From NCBI RefSeq assembly GCF_018977255.1, contig NW_024704742.1:19718001-19782000 (forward strand): a DNA stretch of 64,000 nucleotides, in the 5' to 3' direction. The stretch's first letter is position 1. Each line of letters opens with the position of its first letter. The notes under the pieces are model-generated. The model made no database searches. It saw nothing but the letters and a program-made list of their open reading frames with translations, and was not told the DNA's origin. The stretch comes from Callorhinchus milii (Eukaryota). Below, piece by piece: positions 24,128 to 36,683 of the stretch. The position numbers were made by a program, and so were the translations under genes.

Positions 24128-25592
24128 GTGACGTGTATGGTGCGATTGGCTCTCCTGTTAGACTGAGCCGAACTGTGGTGGTGGGTAAACGTAAGGAACT
24201 GGTTCAGCGTCTGTTGTATGTTCTCACCTACTTCATACGGTGTTCAGATCTCCAAGAAAACCATCTGGAATCCAATGAAATGCCACAGGACAGCCAGACC
24301 GAGCTTGCGGGAAACACAATCACCACAGCTCTGGAGAGGGGAGAAGTAGAAGAATCTGACTACGTGGTTGTTAGTCTTCACAAGGACGAACCCGCTCCCG
24401 TATCTCCAACCCAATCCCTGACAAGCTCCGTCAAAACAAATGGCTGCACTGGGACAGTCACAGCGACAGACAATCGTGCACAAGTAGCCTTCAAACCTCT
24501 GAAAGCTGTTCAGCCAAAGGCCGAGGCTGATAACTGCAGGAGACAGCCTTCTGTTCAGTGCAGTGAAGCTTCACCGCTTGTGAGTGACATGGAGGATGAG
24601 GACGTCAACACGTGCAAAGAAGCAGTGCAGCTGGGTCAGGAAGCCAGAAAGGAGGTGTTGACTGTCGTGAAAGGAGCTTCACTGTGCACCGCAGAGAGAA
24701 GGATGCTTTTTGCACCCGAAACAGTCGTCAGTCTAAGTGAACAATTGCCTGATTTGAGTGACTCTGCACTGGCTACAGCAGCAGAGGTGGCAAGTAGCCC
24801 TCCACTAAAGAACTCTCCCACTTCTGGTCTCAGTTGTCCAGCCAGGCTTGCCCGGAGCAGCCCGCAGCTCCAGCAGAGAGTCTTGTTTCAGATTGGGTGC
24901 TCGCTATCACCAGATTCGGACATTGAAGCGAGAAGGAAAGATGTTGAAGAGAAAGTGAAGAACTTCAGAGAACAGCGAAGAGGAGAACAAGACAACACTA
25001 ACTGTCAACTGCAGGAAACTGGTGACATCTTGGACAGGGACAAAGCCGCCCAGCCTGCTGAGGACCGACTGGGGACAAACAGAGCGGTACAAAGGCTGCG
25101 GCCAAGTCCAAGGCTGAGCTTCGATCAAATTCCTTCTTATGAAGGAAGCACAAGCATTTTTGATGAATGTTTCACTGAGGGCAACACCACTAAAACGTAC
25201 ACTGCAGGCAACCTCTCTCGGCACAACAGGATCGTGAAGGAAACCATCAAACCTTGCAAATCCTCGGACGGGGAGAGAGATGTTCAAAGTGTTGAAACAA
25301 ACAGGACTTTGTGCGGCAGCGACGCCCAGGCAACCCTTCGGGAGTCCATTATTTCTCATTCTGGAAATCAGGGCAGGAGATCAGGTGATGTCCCCCGCAG
25401 GGAAGCTGAAGATTCTGAGAAGAAAGTTGCCTTCAGGATAGAAGTGGACATTCCCAGGAACGTGAGTTCTGACAGTGCCCTCGGCGACAGTGACGATGAG
25501 GATGCAGCCCACGAACGACCTACGCAGAAGCCAGGCTGCTATGGTGAGCGGTGGGAAGGCCACATGGAAGAGTTGGAGCTCCCACTACCAAG
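24128..25592 (+). CDS. FNIP2: FNIP2 exon 14 (large, 1465 bp)
   Basis: GDVYGAIGSPVRLSRTVVVG...EESDYVVV...FQIG...DIPRNVSSDSALGDSDDE...ELPLP; open frame, AG/GT boundaries. Confidence 0.98.
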
Positions 25593-26463
25593 GTAAGAAT
25601 GTTAAATGAGTATTCCTAAATGTCTGTTTTTTGTCCTTTCATTAGAGGACATAGTCACCAGAAGCACAAAAAGAGAGTTTAGGAGATTTATTTTCAGAGA
25701 GACGTGTTAGCATGTGGAATGAATTGCCAAGTTAGATAATAAGAGGCAGAGTCCATTGTGGGTTTGTAAAGGGAAGCAGGTGGATATATGAAAGTTAGAG
25801 GCAAGAAGGGATCTGAGATCGGATGGGGCAGTGGGATTGAAAGAACAGCTCTGAGGGCCAGTGCAGAATCCAGGGCCTGAGTGGCTTCCTTCTGGAATTC
25901 TCGTCGTGGGTGACGACTGGAGGAGAAGCCTGGCTGACTGATGTGATAGTGAGTCATGTGGAGACGAGGTTTGATCCTCGTCAGTTGGTGCTGAATTATC
26001 TGATCTCAGCTGCAGTTGGCCTCTGTGTCTCCAGGCTGTGGACTTCAAAAAAAAAACATCAGCCAGGATCCTTGGTCAGGATCCAACATCTCTGATGGAA
26101 AGTGTGTGTTTGGGGGAGAAGGGTCTTGTCGTCCCCAGGACATGTCATCTCTGCAATGTCGTCGACATAAAAGGCGCTGGATAGATGTAAATTGCTGTTT
26201 CAGAACCCACCCCACTCCCTCCTCATTATATGTTTGAAACTGCTGCTCACCCCAACGCTCGCTGACTAAACTCGCTGGGAATTTAACTCTAAGCTTTTTT
26301 TTAAAAAAGGAACATTTCCTTCACAGAGCTTTGCCATAAACACAGAAGGTTCAGCCTGTAGTGTGAGTTCAAAAATCCTTTGTGCAGGGTTCATTAAATA
26401 GGAATAATATCGGAGTGATGTTATTGTTGATCGTGATTTTATTTTTCTGGGATTGACTTGCAG

Positions 26464-26620
26464 CATCAAAATGAATAGCAGACCAAGTCTCAATAACTTT
26501 GGAAGATCGCTGCTTGGAGGATACTGTTCTCAATATGTGCCAGACTTTGCCTTGCAAGGAATCAGCTCTGATGAAAAGCTGAAGCAGTGTCTCATGGCAG
26601 ATTTGGCTCATGCTGTGCAG
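26464..26620 (+). CDS. FNIP2: FNIP2 exon 15 (157 bp)
   Basis: [22 protein letters not shown]...[10 protein letters not shown]; |gtgagt donor. Confidence 0.95.
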
Positions 26621-27083
26621 GTGAGTTGTTGAGGGCTGTGGGCTGAGGTTGTGCGCGTGTGTGTGATCGCTGTTAAATCGTCTGCTACATTATTGTAGGC
26701 TTCAGATTGTTTGTTGTTAGCAGTTACTAAGTGCCATGATAAACTAGCACAGGCTGCAATAAACCTTAATCTACAGGGCTTTTTTTGTGTGCAGTGTTGG
26801 GGGAGAGCTGCATTATCAGAAATGCTGCCATTTGGGTGAGACATTAAACCAAAGTCCTGTCTGTGCCCGTTTATGTGGATATAATAAGGATATTATGGGA
26901 CTATCCGGTGTCCAGGTGTGCAAACAGGTTTTTATGGGTGTCTGTGAGACAATGTTGTGCGAAATTGACTGCCGAGTTTGCCTATAAAATACACTGTCAG
27001 TACACTACACAGTAAATTCTTTGAAGCGCTTTGAGACGTCTCCACGACTTGATTGCACTGTGTCAAATGTCCTTCTCTTTCAG

Positions 27084-27284
27084 CATCCTGTGTTAGATGA
27101 GCCCATTGCAGAATCTGTGTGCATTATTGCAGACACGGATAAGTGGTCAGTCCAAGTGGCTACGAGCCAGAGGAAGGTGATGGACAGCAATAAGCTAGGC
27201 AAAGAGGTGCTGGTCTCTAACTTGGTGTCCAGCTTGCTCCAATCCATTCTTCAACTGTACAAACTGCAGCTGCCACCTGATTAT
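27084..27284 (+). CDS. FNIP2: FNIP2 exon 16 (201 bp)
   Basis: [31 protein letters not shown]...[12 protein letters not shown]. Confidence 0.98.
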
Positions 27285-27954
27285 GTAAGTACACACATTG
27301 CTTCGGATGGTAAAGATTTTAAACTATTCTATACGTTCCTCTGAGAGGATCAGTGGAACTTAATACTGTGTCAGTGACCCGAGGGCTACTGGAGAAATGA
27401 TTGCAGTGAATCCATGAGGTGTATATTTTCCGCAAAGTCGTCACTGCTCTAAACTGATTGTTATTGATTGAGGAGCAATAGCTGACTATAAATCAAAAAA
27501 TGTTGAGCTTTCAGGAATGATTTGATTGCAAACTCAAATGCAAAAAGATGTGCAATCTTGCAACACTTGACTGGCAGTGATTGATTCAGTGCAAATGAAA
27601 TATCCTCGCTGTTTGTATATCCTCAACACGTTCAGTGTTTCAAAATCAGCCTGACACCAATTTTCTTTCTTTATAGATTGTGCTTATTTGCCTATTGCTT
27701 GTTATGTTCGTCGTGCATCCTGTGCTTTTGAGATTTGTTTTTGAACTGTTCTAGTCGAGCCTCTAAAAAGTATGCTTGAAAACCTAATTTTTAAAAACAA
27801 AAGTCATTTTACTTGTTAAAACCTCGAGGCAATCCTTTGTTTGCACTTGGGAAAGTTCTGTAACACAGACATTTTGCTTTGGAAAGTCTGTGCTTAAATA
27901 AAGTACTTTTGGTGACATCTCTGCAGCAGAAGCATCTCCTCATCTGCAGTTTTA

Positions 27955-28127
27955 ATAATAATAATAATCAATGGATTTGATAGAGCGCCTTAGTACGTCG
28001 TTGAGAAGTCTCAAGGCATTTCACAGAATATACTGTAAAGTGAGTTGACTATATTTTGTGGGTGAAACATGGCAGCTAATTGCGCACAGCAATGTCCCAC
28101 AAACAGTCGTGGATTGAGTGACTAAAT
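27955..28127 (-). mobile_element. SINE 3' half abutting the FNIP2 exon 17 acceptor
   Basis: Reverse complement of the SINE body and tail. Confidence 0.85.
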
Positions 28128-28145
28128 GTACTTTTCCAACTGCAG

Positions 28146-28261
28146 TGTGTAATGCACCTGGAGGACAGACTTCAGGAGCTGTATTTCAAGAGCAAGATGC
28201 TGTCGGAATATCTGAAGGGCCACACGAGAGTGCATGTAAAGGAACTGGGCGTGGTGCTGGG
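28146..28261 (+). CDS. FNIP2: FNIP2 exon 17 (116 bp)
   Basis: [38 protein letters not shown](G). Confidence 0.98.
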
Positions 28262-28820
28262 GTAAATCAAAACTTTTATACAACTCGGAGTGGCCTACTG
28301 GCTTACCATTCATTAAATTAGACTTCAGACGAGAATCTCAAAATGACCTTTTTTAAAAAGACAGTTTGATTTTTGCACCAAAAAAACACACGATTCAAGC
28401 AATCACGTTGTTGGGTTAAGAAAACCTGGAGAAGGATATTAGTGTGTAAATCAAGCGTTGTAGAAATTGTACCAATGGAAATAATTTCTTTTTTCCTGTT
28501 ATTTGATTTCACATATCTCTTACTCCTTTGTAGTTTTTTGGGGGAGTTGTGGAGGAAGGGTCTGTCTCTAGCTAATTTGTTTTTACACACACACACACAA
28601 ACTCTTTGTTTGGATGAGACGGTACATCATTTTATGCTGGTAAAACGTAGAGAGTTGTCATTTAAGCATATGTCTCACAAAAAATGCAGTGCTCCTCACT
28701 TGTAGGTGCTGAGCTCATTGTAGGAATGCTTTTGTATTTCTAATGATGGTTTTCTTTGGTTTCACAGTGTAACTTACTCAGAACTTTACAGTTTACAGAA
28801 ATTGAACTTCTCTCTTTCAG

Positions 28821-28899
28821 GATTGAATCTAATGACTTACCTCTGCTGGCTGCTGCAGCAAGTACTCATTCTCCATATGTTGCACAAATACTTTTATAA
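28821..28899 (+). CDS. FNIP2: FNIP2 terminal coding exon with stop codon
   Basis: [28 protein letters not shown], the canonical FNIP C-terminus. Confidence 0.98.
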
Positions 28900-31800
28900 G
28901 CTAAAACCTCGGAACAGCCACCTTCTCAAAAGGAGCAAAACAATTGCAGAGAGTTTGGAATGGTATTGAGGTGGAAGACTTGTGTGTTTACACTTAAGGC
29001 ATCAACAATGCAACTCTTACATAGGAGCAGCACAGTGCCCGTTTGGTATGTTTCTCTGTGATGGCGAGCCCATAAACTTGCAGACATTTTGTGACAGTGT
29101 CTGGGGTGCATGTCCCTCAGCCGAAACAGGAAATCCTGCTATTAGTTCTTTCCAGATTTTTTTTTAATGTCACTGAGCAAAGACTGGTGACCTCTTCAAA
29201 CACTACAAATGGTTGCAACTAAAGCATGCGTTTCATACAAAGTTAAGTTTCCAGTACAGCCCAGGCTGGCACGCCATGTGGAATGCTCGCTTCTGTGATG
29301 TGATTGACTTTGGAGTTATTTCTGCAATTGCCTTAACTGGTGAATGATGAAGTATTCTAAATATTGTTTGTAGCATTCCTGCTCAGAAGAGTTTGAAATT
29401 CATCTACTGACTTTTGCAGGTCCGAATCGCAATGCAGTTTTGCAATTCAGTTTCAAAACACTTCTATTGAGGTTGGCGGAGGGGACACAGCAAAAAAATA
29501 TTCACAAGCTCTAACAGTCTATCAGTTTACCGTGTAAGTGGTTTGACATGAGTTTTTTTGTAAACATAGCATAGTCACCTTCAAAAGGACATGAAAGGCA
29601 TAACTACAAAAGGTTTAAGGGACGCCTTTTAAATGGACTTTGTTTACAGTGCGTTTTGTGCTTGTTGCAAATCAATACTGTTCTGTGAATTGAGAGCATG
29701 TAAAATTTTGAGGTGCAACTTTTGCCACTGCAACTTTTGCTTTTAAGGGTCAGGGTATAAAATTGTAATCGGCAGAAGCTCATTTTAATTATGCAGCAAA
29801 TTCCCAGATGGATAACGTGGAAGAGAAGATCAGATGTTGAATGGAAGAAGAAATTTTGTGTACGTGTGTGTGTTTATGCCTGCAATTTTCGTGTGTAAAT
29901 GTATTGTTAGACACCGATTTCTGCTGGCGAGAGCAGTGTTTAGGTCAACCTGTTACAAAGCAAGTCGGTGAGATTGTTGCGCCTTTTTAAGAACAACTGG
30001 GAGAATATTACATTGAAAGCTCCAGATACTTCAGGCAGCGATTTAGCCCAGTGGATGGTGCTAGAACCTCGTCCAATGAGTGCAAGTTTAGTGAGCGAGT
30101 GCAGTGAGTTTACAGTCTGTGTGTGTACTCCTAACCAACGAGCCCCATTGTGAAATAATATACCACACCCTAATCAATGTGGTTTATTACCTTAATCTTA
30201 GAAGGAAGATGACCTGCTTTCGTGTTTTTTTTTCTCCAAAGGTTTAATTTCTAATGTACAGAAGCACTACAAACAATCTTTATTTTTATTATTTAAAATT
30301 AAGTAACCAGCCCAATTTCACCCACTTACAAACTTTATACCTGTTGCATAGAGATCATAGAATGTCCCATTTTTCTCTCCTTGGCAACATTGGCCAAAGG
30401 AGAAGGCACTTGGCTGCACAAATGGACATTCCCTTCTAAGAGACGATCAGTGAAAAATTCTTCATACAGTGCCTTTGTGCTCTGACCGCCTCTATTGCTG
30501 CACATCAACAACGTTGCCACGTACACAGTCAGAGCTACATGCAACTTTTTTGTCCCTTGTTTCTGTACAATACTATTGTTGTTTCAAGAAAGCGTAACTT
30601 TTTTTTCTTAAATACAAGTGCTTCTTGATTGTTTATAAATATATCTCAAAACTTTGAGCAAAGTTCCCAATTGGCCTATTTTGATACATTTTAAGCCCTG
30701 GAGGAATTTTTAAATATCATTATTGTTTACGTAAACAAACTAACCTTGTGAAAGTAGCGAGAGCGTTTATTCTTAAGAGAAACCCTCCTTTAATTGCTAG
30801 TTGTGTAACTTTGTAAAACAATGTAACATTTAACCACAGGATATACAGTCACTTCACTTAAGTGCTTTGTGATGTCCTGAAGATGTGATAAGGCTCCATA
30901 TCAAATGCAAGGATTGTTATTATATTTTTTATAAATTGAGCCTTCGGTGATTGAATATTTTGTTCAGTTTCTTTAGCAGAGGTTTTACGACTGGAAATTT
31001 AGTACATTAACAAGTCTGCAAAACCAGAATAACTGCAGGAAGGCTGAAGGTAAAATGTGGTTTGCTCTGCTGCAAACTGCCTCACACTGCCCTTGACCCC
31101 ATAGTAGCTGCAATGGAGAATGAGATTGCTGACGCTGTCTCATCTTAAAATAGTTTATGATTGCTGCATGGAGTTACAAACTCGGTTTAGGTGTTACTTG
31201 CTTGACTGACTCAGAAACAAAACAAAATAACCCAACCCGCTGGTTACGGCTGCTCACTATTTTCAGTTTATTGAAAAATCCATATTTTGGTTCCCTGCAG
31301 TTTAGTGGCTGTGCTGCTATAATAGTACCTTTTTTGCTTTGCCTTTATTGAATGAAGTTGTAAATGTTCACTCTCCTCCTCTTCCCCCTCCTTACTTTCC
31401 CACTGCATTGTTTTCTCGAACACGATATCAATATCAATCCTAGCATTTGATACAGTGGCATTATCACGTTAAGGCTTCTCAAACCATTTCATGAATGTGC
31501 TATTTCTATTAATAGGGCTAGCCCTGTATCCATTAGTTAGTGAAAAGAACTGGAACATACTCTCTCCCCCCCCCCCCCCCACCGCCCACTTGTGCACGAG
31601 GTACCAGCTGACCTTAATCCACTTGTTGCTGTGTAAATTCACATAAAATCATTTGATGTGAAATAATCTCATCAGGAAGCAAAGTTTACCTTGCTCTAAG
31701 CTGCAACATCAGGTGTGTGTTTTTTTTAGAAAGCCTGTCCCATCTACAAGTGTAGCTTTAGTTACGTGTAATATTCTCCCAGTGGAGCAGTGACAATCTC

Positions 31801-31963
31801 CCAGGCTAGCTGGAGAAAGCAGAGCGATTGTTGGGTACACAGGATACAGCGAGGAATGTGTTTGATCAATAATTGCACTTGTGCACCAGTGCCTTGGTTT
31901 GTCCCTTGAATACCTTCCTCCATTGGAGCAGGTATATTCGTATTGTTTCACCATTCTGCAAGA

Positions 31964-31969
31964 AATAAA
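31964..31969 (+). terminator. FNIP2: Candidate proximal poly(A) signal AATAAA
   Basis: AATAAA followed by U/GU-rich sequence (gttttcatttcccttccgttgtt). Confidence 0.5.
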
Positions 31970-33234
31970 TCAATGTGGTCAGTTTTCATTTCCCTTCCGT
32001 TGTTACTTGGCGCAGATGTTTTCTAAGAAGAACTGCAGTTTAATAAGGTTTGTGTGAGTGAGTCTATGATAGAGAGAGACTGACATTTTCACGGCTTCTT
32101 TACTTAGATAGTTGTCAAATCCACTAAGAATTCTGGTATTCTGTATGATTTTTTTTTAATTCTTTCAAGTTGTTGCTAACCTACATTCTCTCCCACTTTG
32201 TTATTGAGAGTGAAACTACTATTTTTTCACTCTATTGCTAAGTTCCTTTCAAGTAACACTTTAGAGCTTTCAAAAAGCTTTTGTATCCTAATAGTTATCG
32301 AAGTTTAGACTCTTTCGAGCCGTTTAAAAGTTGTAATTGAGAAACGTGAAGAATTTCATAAGCTTTTATTAAAAAAAAGTAAAATGTTTCTATTCTAAGT
32401 GTTTAGCTGAACTTATGACTTCTGGGAGAAACGTTATTGTTATTTAATACTACCTCAGTTATTGACAGGGATCCAAACCCAGGGTTCCTTCATATTGCAT
32501 TTCCTATGTCTTACTTGTGCAGCAGTTTTCTTTTGTTGTCATAGTTTTGTTGCATTTTTTTTGCTGTAAAAACAAATTCCTGAAGTGGTAAATGGCGTAA
32601 TGATGAAAAGCAATGCTTAATTATGCCCAGCATACATCCTTGTGGACATAGCTTGTCTGTATTGTAATCTGTATGAAGTTTGTGTGGAATGAATTTCTTG
32701 AGAAAAAACCTGTCCTGCATGAGATATGAAACAGACAGTTCTTGAACGTGTTACTGATTCTAAGAAATCTATGGAGCTGATACAGGCATCCTTACTTTGT
32801 CATTATTGTTCATTATCAATGTTCGGCTTCTTTACTTTTTGTCTTGTGCGCCCTTTGGACACCAGAAATTCTATACCGATGCCATTCAGTTTGCGATTTA
32901 TTCTCGAAGCCCAGTTGTGTGAGACTCCTAACATTCAGAACCAGGTATGATGATGTACTTCCCAAGCTTCCACTGGAATCCCATCCAACTGGATCAGTTC
33001 CACTGACATGTTCAGAAATGGTGCTCTTAACCGCCACATTACACACATCAATATTTTTTAAGGGTAGATGAGTTCACACATTAGGAATTGTGCGAGACAA
33101 CTTCAACAACGTGATTTAAATATTTTAAGAAGGAATATCGTATCGTTGGGAATATAAGACGACCGCTATCTTCGCTTCCCCACCCTCCAATTGTTTTTTG
33201 TTCATGGGGGAAATGTTATGTGTAATACCGTAAC

Positions 33235-33645
33235 AGTAATCCTTGCTTTTGATATAACCTCATTGAACCTATCAAAGTGCTTCACAGGATTCACTATAAA
33301 ATGTAGTGACTGTATTTTGTAGGTGAACGCAGCAGCCAATTTGCACACAGCAATGTCTCACAAACAGCTATGAACTGAGTGACCGATTTTATTTGGGAGA
33401 TTGTTGGCCTGGTGAGAGAAACTCTTCTTTTCAAATAGTGCCAGGGGATTTTTAACGGCCACCTGTAAAGGCATACCTAACCTTAGTTTAACGCCTTATT
33501 CAAAGGTTGGCACCTATGACAATGCTGCACATCCCCAACACTGCATTAGTCAATCTAGACTGTGAGCTCAAACTCCTAAAATGGGATTTTGAACTCACAA
33601 CCTTCTGACTCAGACAAGCGTGCTAACAACTGAGCCAAGCTGACA
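33235..33645 (-). mobile_element. Older DeuSINE (SacSINE1-like), near full length, in the FNIP2 3'UTR
   Basis: Head ggctcagttgttagcac..ctgagtcagaaggttgtgagttcaa; Deu-like core cgttaaa..atcccctggcactatttgaa; shared SINE tail. Confidence 0.75.
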
Positions 33646-34535
33646 CAGTGATTATGGAGTAGCCAAAAAAACATGTTGGGTTTAATTTTAGAACAATATT
33701 ACGCACATTAAAATGACCTTAACATTTTCCCCCCCCAAAATACTGGCAGTTTTAATTATTCTCCATGACTGTTATGACTGGAACCAGCCATTCTCTCTCT
33801 CTGATTTTTTTCCCTTCTCTAACGATTAACATCTATTCTGTGCTACTGACATTAAAATCTAAGTGTGCACATGTGTGAGAATTGAGAAATTGCAGGCCTG
33901 GGTGGTTACTTGGTCCACAATTGACCCTCATAGTGCTGAGAAATCATTCCCGATGTGTGAGTGCAGTTTCCCAAATCGTTTCCACATGAACACAACTGGA
34001 TTGTTTTCTATATATTCTGTGAGACTTCTCAACGATGTGACAAGGCGTTACATCAAATGCCAGGATTATTATATCTCCCAGTTAGTCCCCAAACAAAGAC
34101 AAATTGCAGTAGTTCACCTTACATTTGAAACAGTACAGTAACCTTAGAAGGTTTTTATGCCACTGAATTAGGAGATAACAACTGGGGCTTTTTTTTACAT
34201 GAAGCAAACTTTATCTGTAGTCAATAAGGTCTAAAACACAGCATTAGTAAAAGGATTTGTAAATATTGAACCGTGCCAGTAACTGAATGTCGCATTGACT
34301 GCAGGAACTCAATTCAATACATCATCTTGAAGTGCACTGAGCAGAGTCTTGTGGGTCAACGTGAGGCATATCGAGTTACTGACGGAAAACAATATTTAGG
34401 ACTCGCGCATTTTAGACCCTAATGTCTATTCAGCTCAATGGTGTGAAGTTTGAATGGCAAATGGATTATCAGGAAGAGTAGGTGTGTAGATATTCACACA
34501 AATGTCATTGTACTATTTCTGATCTTTATATGTGC

Positions 34536-34541
34536 AATAAA
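34536..34541 (+). terminator. FNIP2: Candidate distal poly(A) signal AATAAA
   Basis: AATAAA with upstream TGTA and U-rich context. Confidence 0.55.
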
Positions 34542-34774
34542 AAACCATTGAGTTATGTACATCTCGAGTCTCTGCTAGTTACTGTGGACTTAACCAAACC
34601 AAATTGATGGCAATGAGATGCAATACACTTAACAGCATCCAATGAAACAAATGTGTACCTTTGTAGATTGCATAGAATTACTTACACTGTTCAGCACCAC
34701 ACTGGCTGTTGGGAGACAAAAAGCCCAGGACAGTGTTTATATTTCACATGAGCCTCCAACCAACCCTCTCCTGT

Positions 34775-34890
34775 ATATGCGTGTGCGTGTGTGTGTGTAT
34801 ATATATATATGTGTGTGTGTGTGTATGTATGTGTATATACAGTATATATATGTATGTGTATATATATCTGTGTATATATACATATACAAT
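34775..34890. repeat. Compound (TG)n/(TA)n microsatellite
   Basis: Directly visible. Confidence 0.95.
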
Positions 34891-35239
34891 ACGTGTACAT
34901 ATTCCCTTTCCCTCGTACATTCCTCTTGCAGTTCTTTTGAGTAGGGTTTTGAGCTCCTGGAATTTTAGGGTAACTTTATCCCTAGATTTCTCAAGATTTG
35001 TCTACTCTGATTTAACCACGGTGTTAACTACTGCCCACTGCCAGCAAAGCCCCCTATACTGAGATCCCAGAGGACACTTAACACAGTGTACGTTTGTGCA
35101 GCTCTTCTGATTTTCATACTCTTGGTGTGGATGCTGTGCACTCTGTTAGCATAGCTTAACAAGGAGATTCTGGGTACTGGGATTATGTTCCTTAGAGCAG
35201 AGGAGCAAAAGGAGTGATACGATTGAGGTGCTTTAAAAT

Positions 35240-35680
35240 AATGACAGGGTGGGGCAGGTGACCGAAAGCACAGTTGAAAAGATGTGAAGGTGAGGAGTAA
35301 GGGGACAAGCTGGTGGTTCTCTAGCATGGCATTCCAGGCAGCGAGGGCAGAATGGCTGACAGCTCACCCGTCGATGTTGGGATGGATTGGGAGCAAGTCA
35401 AACAGGCTGGTGGTCACTGAGAAGAGGGAGCGGCCACAGCAGTACGATCGCAGGAGCCACTGAGGTAAGGTGGAGGGAGGCCGTGGAGGCATTTGATGAA
35501 GGTGTTGAATTTGATCCACTGGGGGACGGGGAGCCAGAATCCCAACATCAGGGGGCAGCCCTAACCAAGGTATGTGCCTGGCAAAGCTTCCTCTACTTCT
35601 GTGTAGACTCAGGGTGGTTAGTGCACATAACTGTGGCCGTGATAAAAAGTCATGCAGTTCTGTCATGAAGACGGCACCAC
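35240..35680 (-). mobile_element. Degraded L2 3' fragment
   Basis: Similarity to the other L2 3' regions. Confidence 0.6.
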
Positions 35681-36539
35681 CTTCAACACTGAAATGGTTT
35701 GAAACTGGATAGTTTTATTGGTGCAAACTAAAATCCCGACGTACGTGTTTTGTGTTCTGTACAAAGCAAAAATCTGAGCATCCAGTAAGAACTATTAACA
35801 CTAGATGACACTGCTGACGCTGACTGATTCCCACTTGATCCCTCTGATTAAAATGGAAGTGATGGCCAGGCTGTGAGAAACATCTTACAATGGTGTTTTA
35901 CTAAGTGAGATGAGCTGAAAGGACAGGTGAACACTGAACCTGATTTATGTGCTCTGTTGGCTCCTAAAATCCACCAAGTTTGCTGCATTTCCAGTTTTCT
36001 TCTTCCCCCACCCCCAACCAAGATCCTGGCCATTAATCAAACCAAAGGTTCCCCAGGAAGAGATTGTAAAGTAATAACTAACAATTCTATCCTCCTGTCA
36101 ATCTGTGTCCCAGTCAGAAACCAACCTGGGACAGATTAACGTAATTAGTTCTTTGGGAACTGAGTACTACTTACCTGTCAAATTCCCAGAGTGAGAGGCA
36201 CGCTGTACTTGCACAAAAGAATGATGTGAATCATTTTAATGGCTTCAGGGAATTCCTTGGAAATTCCACCAAAGAAGTTAAACTGAAGTCCCGTCTGCCT
36301 GTTGGGTCAGGTGAGTATTAAAGATCCCAAGATGCCATTTGAAAAAAGAGGGTTTCTCCTCTAACATAATAGCAAATAATCCCCTGGATTAAAATCACCG
36401 TGGTGGAACAATTGGTTGTCGCATTTGCTGGCAAAAAAAATAAGAGTAAATACCTGTAAAGCATTTTGAGATCTTTAATGTGATAAAGTGCTGCAAGAAG
36501 TCCTTCTTGATGGACAACTATATCTCTTTGATCTGTCGT

Positions 36540-36683
36540 TTTCTAAAAGAATAATTTTATTGGTTTTGATATAAGACCTCATCTTGAAAAGCAAATTGAT
36601 ATCTTTTGGCAAGAGTTCAGGGGGAAGTGAGGAAACGGATTCCAGGACTTCATGCGATGAAAAGAGACTCTGAACTGAATTTC
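36540..36683 (-). other. SPMIP2: Probable terminal exon of SPMIP2 (reading frame unresolved)
   Basis: Minus-strand acceptor ttctttacttacacag| at 36684 and AATAAA at 36561-36556; if joined directly to exon 3 it reads RKFSSESLFIA-stop (36650). Confidence 0.45.

Larger units (their letters stand above)
28900..34565 (+). other. FNIP2: FNIP2 long 3'UTR (extent inferred)
   Basis: Repeat-poor AT-rich sequence after the stop codon, ending at AATAAA 34536 with upstream TGTA. Confidence 0.55.

Noticed and set aside
24244..25563. Antisense ORFs over exon 14
   Set aside because: These are shadow ORFs of the coding strand with no independent support.
1930..28899. Assignment as FNIP1
   Set aside because: Diagnostic residues ([27 protein letters not shown]) and the adjacent C4orf45 favour FNIP2.
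34642..35062. CVCV/YIYI-rich ORFs
   Set aside because: They are translations of a microsatellite.
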